This document shows positions 19,707-29,488 of a stretch of DNA of 64,000 nt, piece after piece. The DNA comes from an uncultured delta proteobacterium. Lineage in GTDB: Bacteria > Desulfobacterota > Desulfobacteria > Desulfobacterales > Desulfosalsimonadaceae. Position numbers and translations under genes: made by a program. The stretch lies in the NCBI GenBank assembly GCA_963826785.1, contig CAWGYD010000006.1, forward strand, positions 1,024,001 through 1,088,000. Direction: 5' to 3'. Under the pieces are notes generated by a model. It made no database searches. It saw only the letters and a list, made by a program, of their open reading frames with translations, and had not been told where the DNA came from. Numbering within the stretch: the first letter of the stretch is position 1; each line of letters begins with the position of its first letter.

Positions 19707-21400
19707 GTGCTGCAGAAGCCCACTACACAAACACCCCCGGCCACACCTGTCTTTCAATGCCTGAAGGCGCTCGCCCGGGAAAAAAATATGACCCGAAAGG
19801 AGTCTGTCACGGACCATCAGGGAGGCTGCCCTTTCCGGCTGCCCTTTCCCGGAATTGCTGATTCGCAGGGGGATTGCAAAACATGAAATCCTGAAATGCC
19901 TTTCCAGTCATTATCATCTGCCGACAGCGGAATATGACGAATCGATTTGCCCGGACCCGGCTATTTTTCGATCCATCGACCTGGAAAAATTAAAGCGGCG
20001 GTTATGGTTTCCGCTTTCGGTCACCGGAGATTCCGCCCATGTGCTTCTATACAATCCACAGGATGGCGCCCTCTGCCAGGAAATTACCGAAACATTAGAG
20101 CCGAAAACAGATCCGGTTTTCGGTGGCGCTTCCATCCGATATCATCCGATTTATTGAAAACCAGCAGGACGTCAATCCCGGTTTTCCGCCATGGGCCAGC
20201 CGGGTCTCCCTTGCCGGGCTTCGGGCCCGGCTTGCCGAAAACCGCACGACGCTGGCTCATTATCGAACTTCGATGGCCAAAGGCAGAACCGGTTTATCCT
20301 TCATCCGGACCGGAATTTCGTTTATTTCCATCGGCCTGGTGCTTTTCAGAATTTTTGGCATCGATTACTTCAACCTACTGGAGGCGGCCCTTGTCCTGGC
20401 CGGACTGGGCATGTCCATTGACGGACTGATCTGGTATTTGCCGGTGCGGGGGGCGGGAAAGCGTCTTTCCGATTACCCGGCGACGGATCCGACCTTCGGA
20501 TCGACGACCCTGGAACTCGGACCCGGGAAAACCGTAGCGGGACTCACCCGCACGCCCCCGATCGCGGGAGCGGAGCAGCTCCGCAGAAACTGGAACATGC
20601 TTTCGCCGGTCATGAAGCGCCGATTCCTGGCCATCGACCGAACCGACCTGGCAGACAACCGCACCTTGCTTGCCTACTACCGCACGGTAATGGCCCGTGC
20701 CCGAACGGGATTGGCGTTCGCCCGCACGGGGATTTCGTATATCGGGTTGGGAATTTTGCTCCTTCGACAATTTTCCGCCGGGCCCTGGAGCATCCTGGAT
20801 GGCATTCTCATTCTTCTGGGCGTTGCCATGAGCATGGAGGGATTTAACTGGTACCTCAGGGGTTTGAACGCCGGGAAGGCCAGCTTGAAAACCATCAAGA
20901 AGGCCACCGGGAGCGTTTCCATATGGGATTTCATGTTCAATCCGTTGCGCAGGGATGCCTGCTCCGACGGCGCCGACGACCTCCCTTCTGCATTCTGCAT
21001 CGACTGCTCCTGGGCGCCGGGGATATGGGGGACCACGGGCCTCGCCCTGGAACGGACCCTGCTTGCCGAAAGGCGCAATCTGAAGGCACAGCTTCGCACG
21101 GTCATGGCGCGGTCCAGAACCGGAATGGCATTTGTTCGGACGGGGGTCAGCATTTTTTCGGTGGGCATAGGGCTCCTGCTGTATTTCGGTACGGCCAATC
21201 CGTTCTGGACCGGTTTTGAGCTGATCCTGGCGGGGATCGGGTTGTTTTTCATTGCCGACGGCTTGTACTGGCATATCCCGGCCGAGAAGATCCGCAATGC
21301 GTTCCCGTATTGTTACGGGGATATGGAAATAATGATTCCGGATTATGCCCGGCCCGCTTCCTCCTGGAAAAAGATCGTGCTGGATAATGAATATATCTGA
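19707..21400 (+). CDS. MshEN/T2SSE_N-like domain fused to three DUF202-type membrane repeats (apparent frameshifts ~19803 and ~20107; start uncertain)
   Basis: ELLIRRGIAKHEILKCLSSHYHLPTAEYD...WFPL...LYNP N-domain; three R-heptad ladders ending RTG, each followed by two hydrophobic helices ending (D/E)GxxW. Confidence 0.75.
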
Positions 21401-22623
21401 CAGGGACATGGGGCGTGAAATGCAAAAGTTTCAATCCCTGATCGATACCGGGCAGCTGAGGGCCGAAGATCTCAGCGACGCCTGTGATGCCGCGGATGGC
21501 CGGAATATCTCGGTTGAGAAAATCCTTCGGTCCGAATACGGCATTGCGCGCCGCAAACTGCTGGAGGCGCTGGCCTCTTATTTTGATTGCGGATGGGTGG
21601 AATACGATGAACGGCTGCCGGTCCCGTTTGAACTGCTGGCCGGTCTGGACCGGGAGCCGCTTTATGCCCAGAAATGGTTTCCGGCCATAAAGGAGGGGAA
21701 TACCGTGATCATTGCCGCTGTGGACCCAAAAGACATCGAAATGATCGCTGCCGTAAAAAAACTGATCCCGGCCCCGCTGCATGAATTCCGGGTGGCGCTT
21801 GATGAAGACGTCTGCGCATTCATCGCCGATTTTTTAAATTCCGCTCCGGACCACCTGATCGGCAATGAGCGGACCGGCCTTGCCTTCTGGCGAAACACCA
21901 TGAGCCGCTGGCGCACGCGCCTGGCTTCCTACCGAACCGACTTCACCATGGCCAAAACCCGATTGAGCCTTCTGCGGGGCGGACTGGGATTGATTATTAT
22001 CGGCGGGACCATTCTGCGCATGCGGCCGGACAATCGCGCGCTATGCTGCTGGATGATGATCGCTGCGGGCCTGGGCGTGGTGATTTACGGGCTGATGGGT
22101 TATTACCGGATCAGAAGATCAGCGCCCGCCCCGCCCCGCCATCAGACCATGGTGGAAGTAACGGGAGCGACGCTTTATTTTTTTGAAAATTTCCAGTTCG
22201 TCGAGAACCGTCCCCGGGTTTCTCCTTCGAAGAAAGACCATGCTGGCCCGCATCGCCGATAACATTTCCAGCAATTGCGTTCGGATCGATTCGTCCTTCG
22301 ACCAGAAGGACCGTTCACGGCTGTCCCACGAGCGGACCTCAATGGCCGCCCAGCGCACCATTTTAAGCGCTTACCGAACCATGTACGCCCGTGCCCGGAT
22401 CGGTCTCGCATTTATTCGGACCGGCGTTGCCTTCGTCAGTATCGGCCTGGGTTTGATCGGGTATTTTGGTTTCAATCTGATGACCGTATTTGACGGACTC
22501 CTGATTTTGGCAGGCCTGGCCATGGTGATTGACGGGGTGGTCTGGTACTGGCCGGTGCGCAAGGAACAGCACGAGGCCTCTCTTTGTGCCATTATGCAGC
22601 CCGATTGCGCCCTGAAGGAATAA
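21387..22623 (+). CDS. Paralogous MshEN/T2SSE_N-like domain fused to two DUF202-type repeats (apparent frameshift ~22235)
   Basis: SLIDTGQL...LLEALASYFDCGWVEYD...WFP...IAAVDP N-domain; two R-heptad ladders with TM pairs; start overlaps upstream stop. Confidence 0.78.
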
Positions 22624-22630
22624 AACAATC

Positions 22631-24079
22631 ATGAAAATCGTCTACAAAATTCATTTCATCAATGCGTGCGCCGTTATCCTGATTGCTCTGATCGGTTTTT
22701 ACGCCTACCGGAATCTGGACCTGGTATCGACTAATCTGCGCTTCATGGAAATAGCGGATGATCTGAACGCCTCTTTTCTCGAAGCACGGCTGGATGAAAA
22801 AAATTATCTCCTGTACAATGACAAGAGCGCCCTCCAGCAGCTTCGAGAACGGCTGGCAAATAGCCTTAAGATGATGGATTCGGTTAAACCCGACATCATT
22901 CGGGCCACCGGCAGTGACAATTTCGAACAGCTCAAGGCGAGCATCGCCGATTATCTCAAGTTGATCAAGATGATCGAGATCCATCCGAGCGTCAATCCGG
23001 CCATGCACAACCAAATTCGTGAGACGGGCCATGTTCTGCGGGAATTTTCAAAACACCTCATCAGCCGGGAGCGAAAGGAAACGCATGAAATCATAGCGGG
23101 TTCCAAAAAGGAGCTTTTCACATCGCTATCCGTGATGCTCCTGTCCGCCATTACCATCGGGTATCTGTTTTTTTTCAATATTTCATCCTCGCTGAACAAG
23201 ATCAAAAAAGCCGCCCGGTTCATCTCCGATGGAAAGTATTACGAAGTGGAAAAAGTTGAAATCCCAAAAGATGAGGTCGGATCGGTTCTGCAGGCCATCA
23301 ATTTCATGTCCCGGGAACTGCAGACCCGGGAGGCGCAGATCATCCAGGCCAAAAAGCTGGCTTCACTGGGCATTCTCACGGCCGGCGTCGCGCATGAACT
23401 GGGCAATCCCCTAAACAACATTTCCATGATCGCCCAGACCTACCTGGAGCATTATGACACGCTGAGCGTAAAGGACCGGTTTGACTTCATGCAGATGATC
23501 GAGGATGAGTCGGACCGGATCAAGGATATCGTGACCAATCTTTTGGACTTTTCCAAACCGAAAAAACAGGATTCCAGACAAATCGATATCGATGAAGTCA
23601 TCCATAGAAGTCTCAAGCTGGTTCAGAACATGATTGATATCAGCAATATCGATGTCCAGACGAACCTCCAGGCGGGGATTCCGCCCCTGATGATAGACGA
23701 GAACCGGATCATAGAGGTCATGGTCAACCTGATCACCAACTCCATGCACGCCACCCCGCCCGGTGGAAAGCTGACCCTTGCGACCCAGTGGAAAGATCAG
23801 GCCGAAATGATGGAAATCCTGGTGACCGATACAGGCAACGGGATACCGGCGGAGATTTTGCCGCACCTGTTCGATCCGTTTTTCAGCACCAAGGGGACCA
23901 GCGGGACCGGACTGGGGCTTTTCGTCAGTTACGGCATCATCAAAAATCATGGTGGAACCATCATTGTCAGCAGCGAAGTCGGCGTCGGCACGACATTTGC
24001 CATAACCCTTCCGGTGGGGCGCACCACCGGACAGGAAGGGCAAGTCAAAAAAACGCGTTCACCGGAAAAAAGGAGTTGA
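22631..24079 (+). CDS. Membrane sensor histidine kinase (periplasmic domain, HAMP, HisKA, HATPase)
   Basis: Two TMs; GVAHELGNPL H-box; NLITNS, DTGNGI, FDPFFSTK, GTGLGL. Confidence 0.93.
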   Translation: MKIVYKIHFINACAVILIALIGFYAYRNLDLVSTNLRFMEIADDLNASFLEARLDEKNYLLYNDKSALQQLRERLANSLKMMDSVKPDIIRATGSDNFEQLKASIADYLKLIKMIEIHPSVNPAMHNQIRETGHVLREFSKHLISRERKETHEIIAGSKKELFTSLSVMLLSAITIGYLFFFNISSSLNKIKKAARFISDGKYYEVEKVEIPKDEVGSVLQAINFMSRELQTREAQIIQAKKLASLGILTAGVAHELGNPLNNISMIAQTYLEHYDTLSVKDRFDFMQMIEDESDRIKDIVTNLLDFSKPKKQDSRQIDIDEVIHRSLKLVQNMIDISNIDVQTNLQAGIPPLMIDENRIIEVMVNLITNSMHATPPGGKLTLATQWKDQAEMMEILVTDTGNGIPAEILPHLFDPFFSTKGTSGTGLGLFVSYGIIKNHGGTIIVSSEVGVGTTFAITLPVGRTTGQEGQVKKTRSPEKRS

Positions 24080-24113
24080 TCTTTCTGCTCCAAAGAAATG
24101 GAAAGGATCGAAA

Positions 24114-24473
24114 ATGAACCGGAAAATAATGGTCATCGATGATGAATATGTGATCGGGAAAATGCTGAGGATCCATTTTGAAAAGGATGGTTTCGTGGTG
24201 GAGAGTTTTCTCAGTGCGGAGCCGGCATTGGCCCGTCTCAAGGAGGAAAAATTCGATCTGGTCATCACCGATCTGAAGATGAAGGGGATCGACGGCATGG
24301 AAGTGCTGCGAACCGTCAGATCGGAACTGCCGGGGACCAAAGTCATCATGATCACCGCCTTTGCGTGCCTGGATGCTGCCGTTGAGGCATTTCGCGGACA
24401 GGTGGACGATTTTTTCCCCAAACCGGTCAAGGTCAAGGATCTCAAGGCCCGGATCGAGCAGCTGCTGGCCTGA
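24114..24473 (+). CDS. Single-domain response regulator
   Basis: VIDDE, ITDLKMKGIDG, MITAF, FPKP. Confidence 0.92.
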   Translation: MNRKIMVIDDEYVIGKMLRIHFEKDGFVVESFLSAEPALARLKEEKFDLVITDLKMKGIDGMEVLRTVRSELPGTKVIMITAFACLDAAVEAFRGQVDDFFPKPVKVKDLKARIEQLLA

Positions 24474-24508
24474 TGATCGCCAATCTTCCGGGCAAAAGCC
24501 GCACCCTT

Positions 24509-25000
24509 TCAGCACCATTCATGGAATACAGGTCCGTTCCTCAGGCTTTCATAAAGGGCGATGCCAACGGCTGTGGAAAGGTTGAGGCTTCGAATTTCCT
24601 TTCTGATGGGGATGTGGTAGGTGGAGGCCCGGCCGAAGGTTTGCACATACCAGGCCGGAAGACCTTCTGTTTCCGATCCGAAGATCAGAAACAGCCGGTT
24701 GCGGGAAGGAAGTTTCCAGACGGGCGAGGCGCCGGTTTTGGTAAACAGCGCGACCTCGTCTGCAATGATCCTGAAATGATCTTTTAAGGTTGAAAAATCG
24801 TTCCAGACGGTCAGGTTGACCCGGGGCCAGTAATCGAGCCCCGCTCGTTTGACCATCTTGTCGTCTATGGAAAAACCCAGCGGCTTGATCAGGTGCAGAA
24901 AAGCGCCGGCGCCCAGGCAGCTTCTGCCGATGTTTCCGGTGTTCCAGTGGATTTCGGGGGCAACCAGCACCACATGGCGTTCAATGGGGGAACAAGCCAT
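24509..25000 (-). CDS. trmL: tRNA (cytidine/uridine(34)-2'-O)-methyltransferase
   Basis: PEIHWNTGNIGRSC, KRAGLDYW, FGSETEGLP, RSLNLS. Confidence 0.92.
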   Translation of the reverse strand: MACSPIERHVVLVAPEIHWNTGNIGRSCLGAGAFLHLIKPLGFSIDDKMVKRAGLDYWPRVNLTVWNDFSTLKDHFRIIADEVALFTKTGASPVWKLPSRNRLFLIFGSETEGLPAWYVQTFGRASTYHIPIRKEIRSLNLSTAVGIALYESLRNGPVFHEWC

Positions 25001-25006
25001 AAAGGA

Positions 25007-25576
25007 TCAGAATGCCCGGGGCTTGCAGATGATTTCCCTGATCTTGAGGTCGAACATGCTGGACTGGTGGGCGGGTTTGATGACCAGCGCCGTGTCCGCC
25101 CCCTTGGCGGTTCCGCCGATGGCGATGATATCGTTTCCGGAAAGCGCCCCCGCGTCTGCGGCCATAATGGTAATCTCCACCGCCACCTTCGTCCCCTGGC
25201 CGAACAGGCGCAAGGTGTCGGCGATCAGCAGAACCGGGTAACTGCCGGTGTATTTTTTGGCGATGGAGCGTTCCACGCCGGAAAGCGCATGGGTGGCCTC
25301 CACCACCTTCACCCCTTCTTCTTCCAGGTCCTTTCGCACGTCCGCCTTCATGGCCCCCTGAAATGGCTCCTTGAACCCGCAATGATAGGTGACGGTGGTG
25401 ATCTTGAACCCCTTGAACACCTCCAGCGCCTTGTAGGCGGTTTCTCCCGAGGCGGAGGCGATCACGACCTCATTGATGCCGATTTCCTTTGCCCGGTCGC
25501 AGGCGAGTTCAAGCGTTTGTTGCGTGTTGATTTTGCCGGGTTCTTCAAAAATGGTGAACAGTTTTTTCATGCTCAT
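25007..25576 (-). CDS. Pyruvate kinase C-terminal alpha/beta-domain-like protein (MTH1675-type)
   Basis: PGKINT, VIASASGETA, VTYHCGF, LRLFGQGTKVAVEI..MAADAG, GGTAKGADTA, EIICKP. Confidence 0.85.
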   Translation of the reverse strand: MSMKKLFTIFEEPGKINTQQTLELACDRAKEIGINEVVIASASGETAYKALEVFKGFKITTVTYHCGFKEPFQGAMKADVRKDLEEEGVKVVEATHALSGVERSIAKKYTGSYPVLLIADTLRLFGQGTKVAVEITIMAADAGALSGNDIIAIGGTAKGADTALVIKPAHQSSMFDLKIREIICKPRAF

Positions 25577-25845
25577 GCCTGACTCCGATTTTTTGTCCGG
25601 GGAAAAATATTATCAGCAGAAACAGCCGATTGAAGTTCACAAATGATCGATTGGTGCCTGAAAAACTCAGCCGGTAAACCCCCGCGCAAACCACAAATCA
25701 CAAAAATCGGAATCGACGGGAGGCTGAACGTCACTCAATATCATATTTACAGATCATATGGACAAATATTATATTGTTACCATGGAATCCGTCAAGATGA
25801 AACGTGGATTCCAAATTTCAGGATTTGAAAGGATTTTGACCGAAG

Positions 25846-26691
25846 ATGATCGTGGATGTTCATACCCATATTTTCCCGCCGTCCATATGCCGGGACCGGC
25901 AGGCGTGTTTTGAAGGAGAGGAAGCGTTTCGACTTTTATATGATTCACCCCGGTCGAGACTGGTTGATGCCGAAAACCTGATCGCCGCCATGGATGCCCA
26001 AGGGGTGGATGTATCCGTGACGTTTGGATTTCCATGGAAGGATGCAAAACGATTCAAGCTCCACAATGATTATGTTCTGGAATCGGCGGCCCGATTTCCG
26101 GATCGTCTCATCGGCATGTGCTGCATGGATGCGGCCGCACCCCAGGCAGCCGCGGAAGTGGAGCGGTGCCTCGATGCGGGACTTTCCGGTGCGGGGGAAC
26201 TGGCCTTCTATGAGGGCGGCATCGACGAAGAAGCCATCCGGCGGCTGGAGCCGATCATGCGCCTTTGCGAAGACCGCGGCGCACCGGTGATGATCCACAC
26301 CAATGAACCGGTGGGACATCTGTATCCGGGAAAGACGGAAAATACCCTGGCCCAGATATACGCCCTTTGCTCCGTTTTTCCGGGAAACAAAATCATCCTG
26401 GCGCACTGGGGCGGCGGAATCTTTTTCTACCGGCTGCTCAAGAAGGAGGTCCGGGAAAAGCTGGCCAATGTCTATTACGACACGGCGGCCTCCCCCTTTC
26501 TGTACGGCCCGGAAATTTATCCGGTGGCCATCGCCGCCGCAGGCGCCGACAGGATTCTTTTGGGAACGGATTATCCCCTGATCGGGCCGAAGCGCTATTT
26601 TGCGGATCTTGAATCCGCCGGAATCACAGATGAGAATAGAACCTTGATCTGCGGCCAGAATGCATCGGCGCTGTTTGGCCTTATCCGATAG
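25846..26691 (+). CDS. Amidohydrolase_2 family metallohydrolase
   Basis: DVHTH, MIHTNEP, AHWGGG, YDTAASP, GTDYP. Confidence 0.9.
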   Translation: MIVDVHTHIFPPSICRDRQACFEGEEAFRLLYDSPRSRLVDAENLIAAMDAQGVDVSVTFGFPWKDAKRFKLHNDYVLESAARFPDRLIGMCCMDAAAPQAAAEVERCLDAGLSGAGELAFYEGGIDEEAIRRLEPIMRLCEDRGAPVMIHTNEPVGHLYPGKTENTLAQIYALCSVFPGNKIILAHWGGGIFFYRLLKKEVREKLANVYYDTAASPFLYGPEIYPVAIAAAGADRILLGTDYPLIGPKRYFADLESAGITDENRTLICGQNASALFGLIR

Positions 26692-26701
26692 GTGAATTTT
26701 G

Positions 26702-27487
26702 ATGATGAGCAATTGCAGTGATGATCAAACAGGCTCGATTTACCGGGATTTGCGCCGGATGGCGTCTGAGATCGCATCGACGTATCCGCGCCTTGATTTT
26801 TATCCGGATCATGAAGAACAGGTGAGCGTTTCATCAGAATTCTTTGATTCGGATGAAATGGTGCGCGGGCTGCGGGAAGTGGTGGCCGGAAAAATCGAGG
26901 ACGATTTCGGCCACGGCATGGCACATGCGGACAAGGTGGCCCTGGACGCGGGCGTTCTGGTCATGATCGAATCGGGATGCACGTCGCTGAACGGAAATGA
27001 GATGCGCCATCAGGTCCGCCTGGCCCAGTGTGCGGGGCTCCTGCATGATATTGTCCGAAAAGAGGAGCACCATGCCCGGAAGGGGGCCGAAGCGGCGAAA
27101 GTGGTCTTGGCATCATTTTCACTGGCGGGTCCGGATGTGGAAGATATCTGCCTGGCCATTAAAAATCACGAGGCCTTTTCCGCCAATGACAAAAGCGCCA
27201 CCCGGCGGGGAGCGCTTTTGTCAGATTGCCTCTATGATTCGGACAAATTCCGGTTCGGCCCTGAAAACTTTACGAAGACGGTCTGGGACATGGTGGCCTT
27301 TGCCCATATCCCCTTGGGCCGGTTTATGAGCCTGTATCCGAGAGGAATGTCTTTTTTGAAAAAAATCAGGCAAACATTTCGCACCGAAACCGGCAGGGCG
27401 TACGGCCCTCAGTTCATCGACCAGGGGCTTGCCATCGGTGAGGATTTATACCGCTATATCCGCATGACCTACAAGGATATCCTGTAG
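26702..27487 (+). CDS. HD-domain protein
   Basis: GHGMAHA, LLHDI, HARKGA, NHEAF, LYDSDKF. Confidence 0.85.
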   Translation: MMSNCSDDQTGSIYRDLRRMASEIASTYPRLDFYPDHEEQVSVSSEFFDSDEMVRGLREVVAGKIEDDFGHGMAHADKVALDAGVLVMIESGCTSLNGNEMRHQVRLAQCAGLLHDIVRKEEHHARKGAEAAKVVLASFSLAGPDVEDICLAIKNHEAFSANDKSATRRGALLSDCLYDSDKFRFGPENFTKTVWDMVAFAHIPLGRFMSLYPRGMSFLKKIRQTFRTETGRAYGPQFIDQGLAIGEDLYRYIRMTYKDIL

Positions 27488-27532
27488 GGAGGGTGCGGCC
27501 GGCTTTGATTTTCGTTTTTTTAATCTTGTTTT

Positions 27533-27817
27533 TCAGGCCGCGGATATGCCGGTCTGCCGGCGTTTGGCCGAAAGAATCGGCGTATTGAACACCAGCGCGG
27601 AGCAGTTGTCCGAGCGTTGAATATCTAAAAGAATCGATTCCCGGTCGATCTCGAAATACCTGGAAATAACCTCCACCAGGTCCTGCTGGAGATTGATCAG
27701 CATGTCATCTTTGACCTCCAGCTTGTCGTAAACCAGGGCGAATTTGAGCCTCTTTTTGGCAATATCCTTGCTGTCGGGCTTGTTCAGCAGTTTTTTCAGC
27801 ATTGTGTTGAAATTCAT
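27533..27817 (-). CDS. minE: Cell division topological specificity factor MinE
   Basis: SKDIAKKRLK...DLVEVISRYFEID; follows minD with 4-nt overlap. Confidence 0.93.
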   Translation of the reverse strand: MNFNTMLKKLLNKPDSKDIAKKRLKFALVYDKLEVKDDMLINLQQDLVEVISRYFEIDRESILLDIQRSDNCSALVFNTPILSAKRRQTGISAA

Positions 27818-28626
27818 CTGGCATCCTTATTTTTTCGGCTGAATTTGAAGCCCAGTTTTTTCCAGATACTGTTCGGCTTCATGGGATTTTCAATGGGCAG
27901 GTCGGGATGCCCGTCCAGCCGCAGGGCGATCCGCTGCAGGGCCATTCCCGCTTTGGATTCTTTCTGCATCACCAGCGGAGCTCCTGTATTGCTGGAAACG
28001 ACCACTTTTTCATCCATTTCAACCAGGCCCAGAAGATCGATGGACAGGACATCCACCACGTCTTCGTGGCTCAGCATGTCACCGTTTTCAACCATTCTGG
28101 GAACGATCCGGTTGACGATCAGCTTGGGCGTGATGGAACGCGCATACAGAAGCCCGATCACCCGGTCGGCATCCCGGACCGAGGAGACTTCCGGGGTGCA
28201 GATCACCACCGCCTCATCCGCCGCGGCAATGGAATTTTTAAACCCCTGTTCGATCCCCGCCGGGCAGTCCAGAAGGGTAAAGTCATATTCTTTTTTAAAC
28301 CGGGAGGCCAGCCACTCCATGTTTTCGGGGCGGATGGCATCCTTGTCGTCGCTCTGGGATGCGGGAATCAGGAAAAGGTTGTCGATGCGGCGGTCCTTGA
28401 TGGCGGCCTGCTTCAGCTTGCATTTCCCCTTGATCACGTCCACGATATTGAAAACGATGCGGTTTTCCAACCCCATGACCACATCCAGGTTTCTCAAGCC
28501 GATATCCATGTCCACCACGGCCACCCGCTTCCCCTGCAATGCCAGCGCCGCACCGAGGGAGGCGGTAACGGTGGTTTTGCCGACCCCTCCCTTGCCTGAA
28601 GTTATAACGATGATTTTACCATCCAC
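27814..28626 (-). CDS. minD: Septum site-determining ATPase MinD
   Basis: TSGKGGVGKTT, DIGLRNLD, DCPAGIEQGF, PEVSSVRDADR. Confidence 0.97.
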   Translation of the reverse strand: MDGKIIVITSGKGGVGKTTVTASLGAALALQGKRVAVVDMDIGLRNLDVVMGLENRIVFNIVDVIKGKCKLKQAAIKDRRIDNLFLIPASQSDDKDAIRPENMEWLASRFKKEYDFTLLDCPAGIEQGFKNSIAAADEAVVICTPEVSSVRDADRVIGLLYARSITPKLIVNRIVPRMVENGDMLSHEDVVDVLSIDLLGLVEMDEKVVVSSNTGAPLVMQKESKAGMALQRIALRLDGHPDLPIENPMKPNSIWKKLGFKFSRKNKDAR

Positions 28627-28676
28627 ACGACACCTCTATGCCTAAAATAGGTTGGGTTGTACGAATCAAAACGGAG

Positions 28677-29363
28677 TTAACGGACTTCCGGCCAAGCCAG
28701 GCGCTTGAACGGGTTGGCCTTGATGTAATCATCCACGACAATGGCATTGCCTTCGATGAATGCAAATTCGGGCGACTTGCCGGTTGATCCGGGAACGCCG
28801 GCCGCCACGAAACCGCCGATCTGGATCTGGGTGGGCTTGAACTCAAGGGCCATGATGATGGCCTCTTCATTGTCCGGCTGGCCCGCCGACGCTTTTCCCT
28901 GGAGGCTGCCCAGGATGATGATGTCACCCCCGGCGGTCACTTCGGCGCCGGGGTTTAAATCTCCCATGATCAGCAGGTGCCTGCGGGCGTTGATCTTCTG
29001 ACCGGACCGGACCCGGCCGGCCACCATCAGGACATCGCTTCTGTAATGGTGCCAGGAGTTGCCCATGTCCTGCTGCCGAATCCGGTTTTTGTTCACCGGA
29101 CGATTTTTGGCCAGCGGTTTGGAAACATGCCCCACCTGAAATCGGGTTTTTAGAAACTCGCCCAGGGTCTCGATCAGGCGGTCGCAATCTTCATGCTCCC
29201 CCGGGTCCAGGATGACCCGCGCGTTGATGGCCAGGTGCTTGAGGCGTTCGAACGGTTTGACCAGGGCTTCCTGGAGCCGTTCCACCGGCAATGTGGGGTC
29301 AATGGTGACCAGGAGGCTGTCACCCACGCCTTTCAATTTCACGGGGAAGTCATTTTCAGTCAT
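28677..29363 (-). CDS. minC: Septum site-determining protein MinC
   Basis: RVRSGQ, GDLNPGAEVTAGGDIIILGSLQGKASAG beta-helix; first gene of minCDE. Confidence 0.9.
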   Translation of the reverse strand: MTENDFPVKLKGVGDSLLVTIDPTLPVERLQEALVKPFERLKHLAINARVILDPGEHEDCDRLIETLGEFLKTRFQVGHVSKPLAKNRPVNKNRIRQQDMGNSWHHYRSDVLMVAGRVRSGQKINARRHLLIMGDLNPGAEVTAGGDIIILGSLQGKASAGQPDNEEAIIMALEFKPTQIQIGGFVAAGVPGSTGKSPEFAFIEGNAIVVDDYIKANPFKRLAWPEVR

Positions 29364-29488
29364 ATTGGGAGGATGCCATTATCATCAGGTGAAAATCATA
29401 TATTTAGTATTCTTGTATATTAAAAATACTATATATATGTCAAGGAAAGAAAAGAAAGGATATTCAAAATATGCGCAGGTGAAACGGG

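Noticed and set aside
19707..22623. Type II secretion/type IV pilus ATPase genes
   Set aside because: Only the N-terminal domain is similar; no Walker motifs and no pilin or secretin genes
25643..25828. Small ORF or ncRNA between divergent genes
   Set aside because: No RBS, motif or convincing structure; likely promoter region
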